Source: a virus (Duplodnaviria > Caudoviricetes). Taken from it: a stretch of DNA of 34,644 nucleotides. Shown here piece after piece: positions 33,597 to 34,644 of the stretch. Numbering within the stretch: the stretch's first letter is position 1; each line of letters starts with the position of its first letter. The notes beneath the pieces were generated by a model. The model ran no database searches. It was not told where the DNA came from and saw nothing but the letters and a program-made list of their open reading frames with translations. Position numbers and translations under genes: made by a program. The DNA is taken from the IMG/VR virus record IMGVR_UViG_3300037419_001053, positions 1 to 34,644 of that record; one strand, written 5' to 3'.

Positions 33597-34309
33597 GCGG
33601 CGTCTCCCGAGAACAGGGAGTCCTGCTTGGGCCTGGGCGCGGGCTCGTCGAACAGTCGGGGTTGGCGGTAGGCTTCTTCGATGCGGCGACAGGCGATGTC
33701 GAAGTAGGTCGGGTCGATCTCGCATCCGATAAACCGACGTCCGTTGCGGATGGCGGCCACACCAGTCGTGCCAGAGCCCATAAAGGGATCGCACACGGTC
33801 TCGTCCTCGTCGGAGCACCAATCCACTAGCCAATCGAAGTGGATCAACGCGCGGCTGCAGGGATGACCGTTGGCTTGCCGATTGCTAGGTTGCGCGAGCG
33901 GCGCGCGGCCCGGGACGACCTGACGTCCGCGCTGGAATTTGATCGGCTCGCCGAACCAATAGGCCGTTTCGTCGCCGCCCAGGATGCGCCCGATGTATCC
34001 AGGCATGACGTAGGGCAGCTGCATCGAACGAAAGAACGGAAGGTTGGATGGCACGTCCGCCAGGAATCGAGGGTCGCTATCGCACCGCATGACCGCCACC
34101 ACGCGGCGGACCAATGCGCTCAGGCATTGCATTGTGCTGGCCCAGAGTGCGCCGGGATCGTCACCGCCGATCAGCAAATCCGGCGGACAGTTCGGCCACA
34201 CGGGATCGGTGCAGATGACCTCGGCCTGCAGCGATGGCAACACGTCTCGGCAGTCGCCCAGATAGAGCGTGGCGTCGCCGATCACTTCCTTCCGGCATCC
34301 CTCACCCAT
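33593..34309 (-). CDS. DNA amino-methyltransferase (N6A/N4C, beta-class order), 238 aa
   Basis: GGAGG RBS then ATG 34309; LYLGDC, TDPVW (motif IV variant), [22 protein letters not shown]. Confidence 0.88.
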   Translation of the reverse strand: MGEGCRKEVIGDATLYLGDCRDVLPSLQAEVICTDPVWPNCPPDLLIGGDDPGALWASTMQCLSALVRRVVAVMRCDSDPRFLADVPSNLPFFRSMQLPYVMPGYIGRILGGDETAYWFGEPIKFQRGRQVVPGRAPLAQPSNRQANGHPCSRALIHFDWLVDWCSDEDETVCDPFMGSGTTGVAAIRNGRRFIGCEIDPTYFDIACRRIEEAYRQPRLFDEPAPRPKQDSLFSGDAA

Positions 34310-34375
34310 GCCGAGCCTCCAGGGCCCGAGGACCGGCACCGACGTCCCTGAGCGCGTACAGCGCCGCACGATGGC

Positions 34376-34644
34376 TCATGCGACGTACCTCCGCAGGCTG
34401 CGGGCGAGTTCGTTGGCGGTCCGCGGCCGACCGGGCTTCGGCGCCACAGTCCCGAGCGCCAGGTGCGCCGCACACCAGCCGTTGCCCTCCACCGGGAGGC
34501 AGCAACTCAGCGTCTCCGCCCCCTCCCCGCCCACGGGCCAACAGCACTCGCCGAACGCGCGCTCCAGCCATGGTTTCGGGTGCGAGCCACGAAGCGGATC
34601 GAAGGCGTCGGGCCTGATGACGCTCTTCGGGGCCTGGCCGGCGG
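34376..34644 (-). CDS. gcrA: GcrA-like cell-cycle regulator, C-terminal part (5' end outside window)
   Basis: Not in ORF track. Manual translation: ...WLERAFGECCWPVGGEGAETLSCCLPVEGNGWCAAH...TANELARSLRRYVA*; C-WP-G..C..C-x2-H pattern and ELARSLRRY tail as recalled for Caulobacter GcrA. Confidence 0.82.
   Translation of the reverse strand, partial: AGQAPKSVIRPDAFDPLRGSHPKPWLERAFGECCWPVGGEGAETLSCCLPVEGNGWCAAHLALGTVAPKPGRPRTANELARSLRRYVA

Larger units (their letters stand above)
1..34644 (-). mobile_element. Prophage/phage segment (myovirus): replication, packaging, head, contractile tail and lysis modules; both ends lie outside the window
   Basis: Canonical co-oriented order terS-terL-portal-minor head-protease-capsid-neck-sheath-tube-TMP-baseplate-fibre-lysis, with many overlapping stop/start junctions; no integrase or att site seen. 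Confidence 0.97.

Noticed and set aside
33593-34309. Calling the MTase ccrM
   Set aside because: Same motif order but shorter, lacks a CcrM-like C-terminal domain, and has DPVW; specificity unknown
34302-34379. 25-aa [28 protein letters not shown] bridging gcrA-like and MTase genes
   Set aside because: Overlaps both neighbours and may be a translational coupler, but is too short to support as a gene

Overview
The window is one continuous segment of a GC-rich, temperate-type myovirus (contractile tail), either a prophage or a phage contig. The host is probably an alphaproteobacterium; a GcrA-like C-terminus points to Caulobacteraceae. Nearly all genes are on the minus strand. Read right to left: a partial GcrA-like regulator, DNA methyltransferase, DnaA C-terminal-domain protein and replication initiator with an internal iteron array; an inserted DUF1828/1829-type cassette with a divergent Arc-like repressor; terS/terL, DUF1073 portal, minor head, DUF2213 protease/scaffold, cement protein and DUF2184 capsid; neck, sheath, tube, frameshifted chaperones, tape measure with a lysozyme domain and baseplate; short fibre genes; two signal-peptide proteins; an antisense BNR moron; a split BTLCP protease, holin-like genes and a GH108 endolysin cut by the window edge. 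Highlights missed by the ORF track: a shared C-terminal LDFxxPxNSxLxP tag on three tail proteins, including an unannotated 59-aa sheath-arm mimic; a GcrA/MTase/DnaA-C cluster resembling the host cell-cycle circuit; and a terL with no canonical start codon. Family names come from motif recognition and synteny, not database searches.
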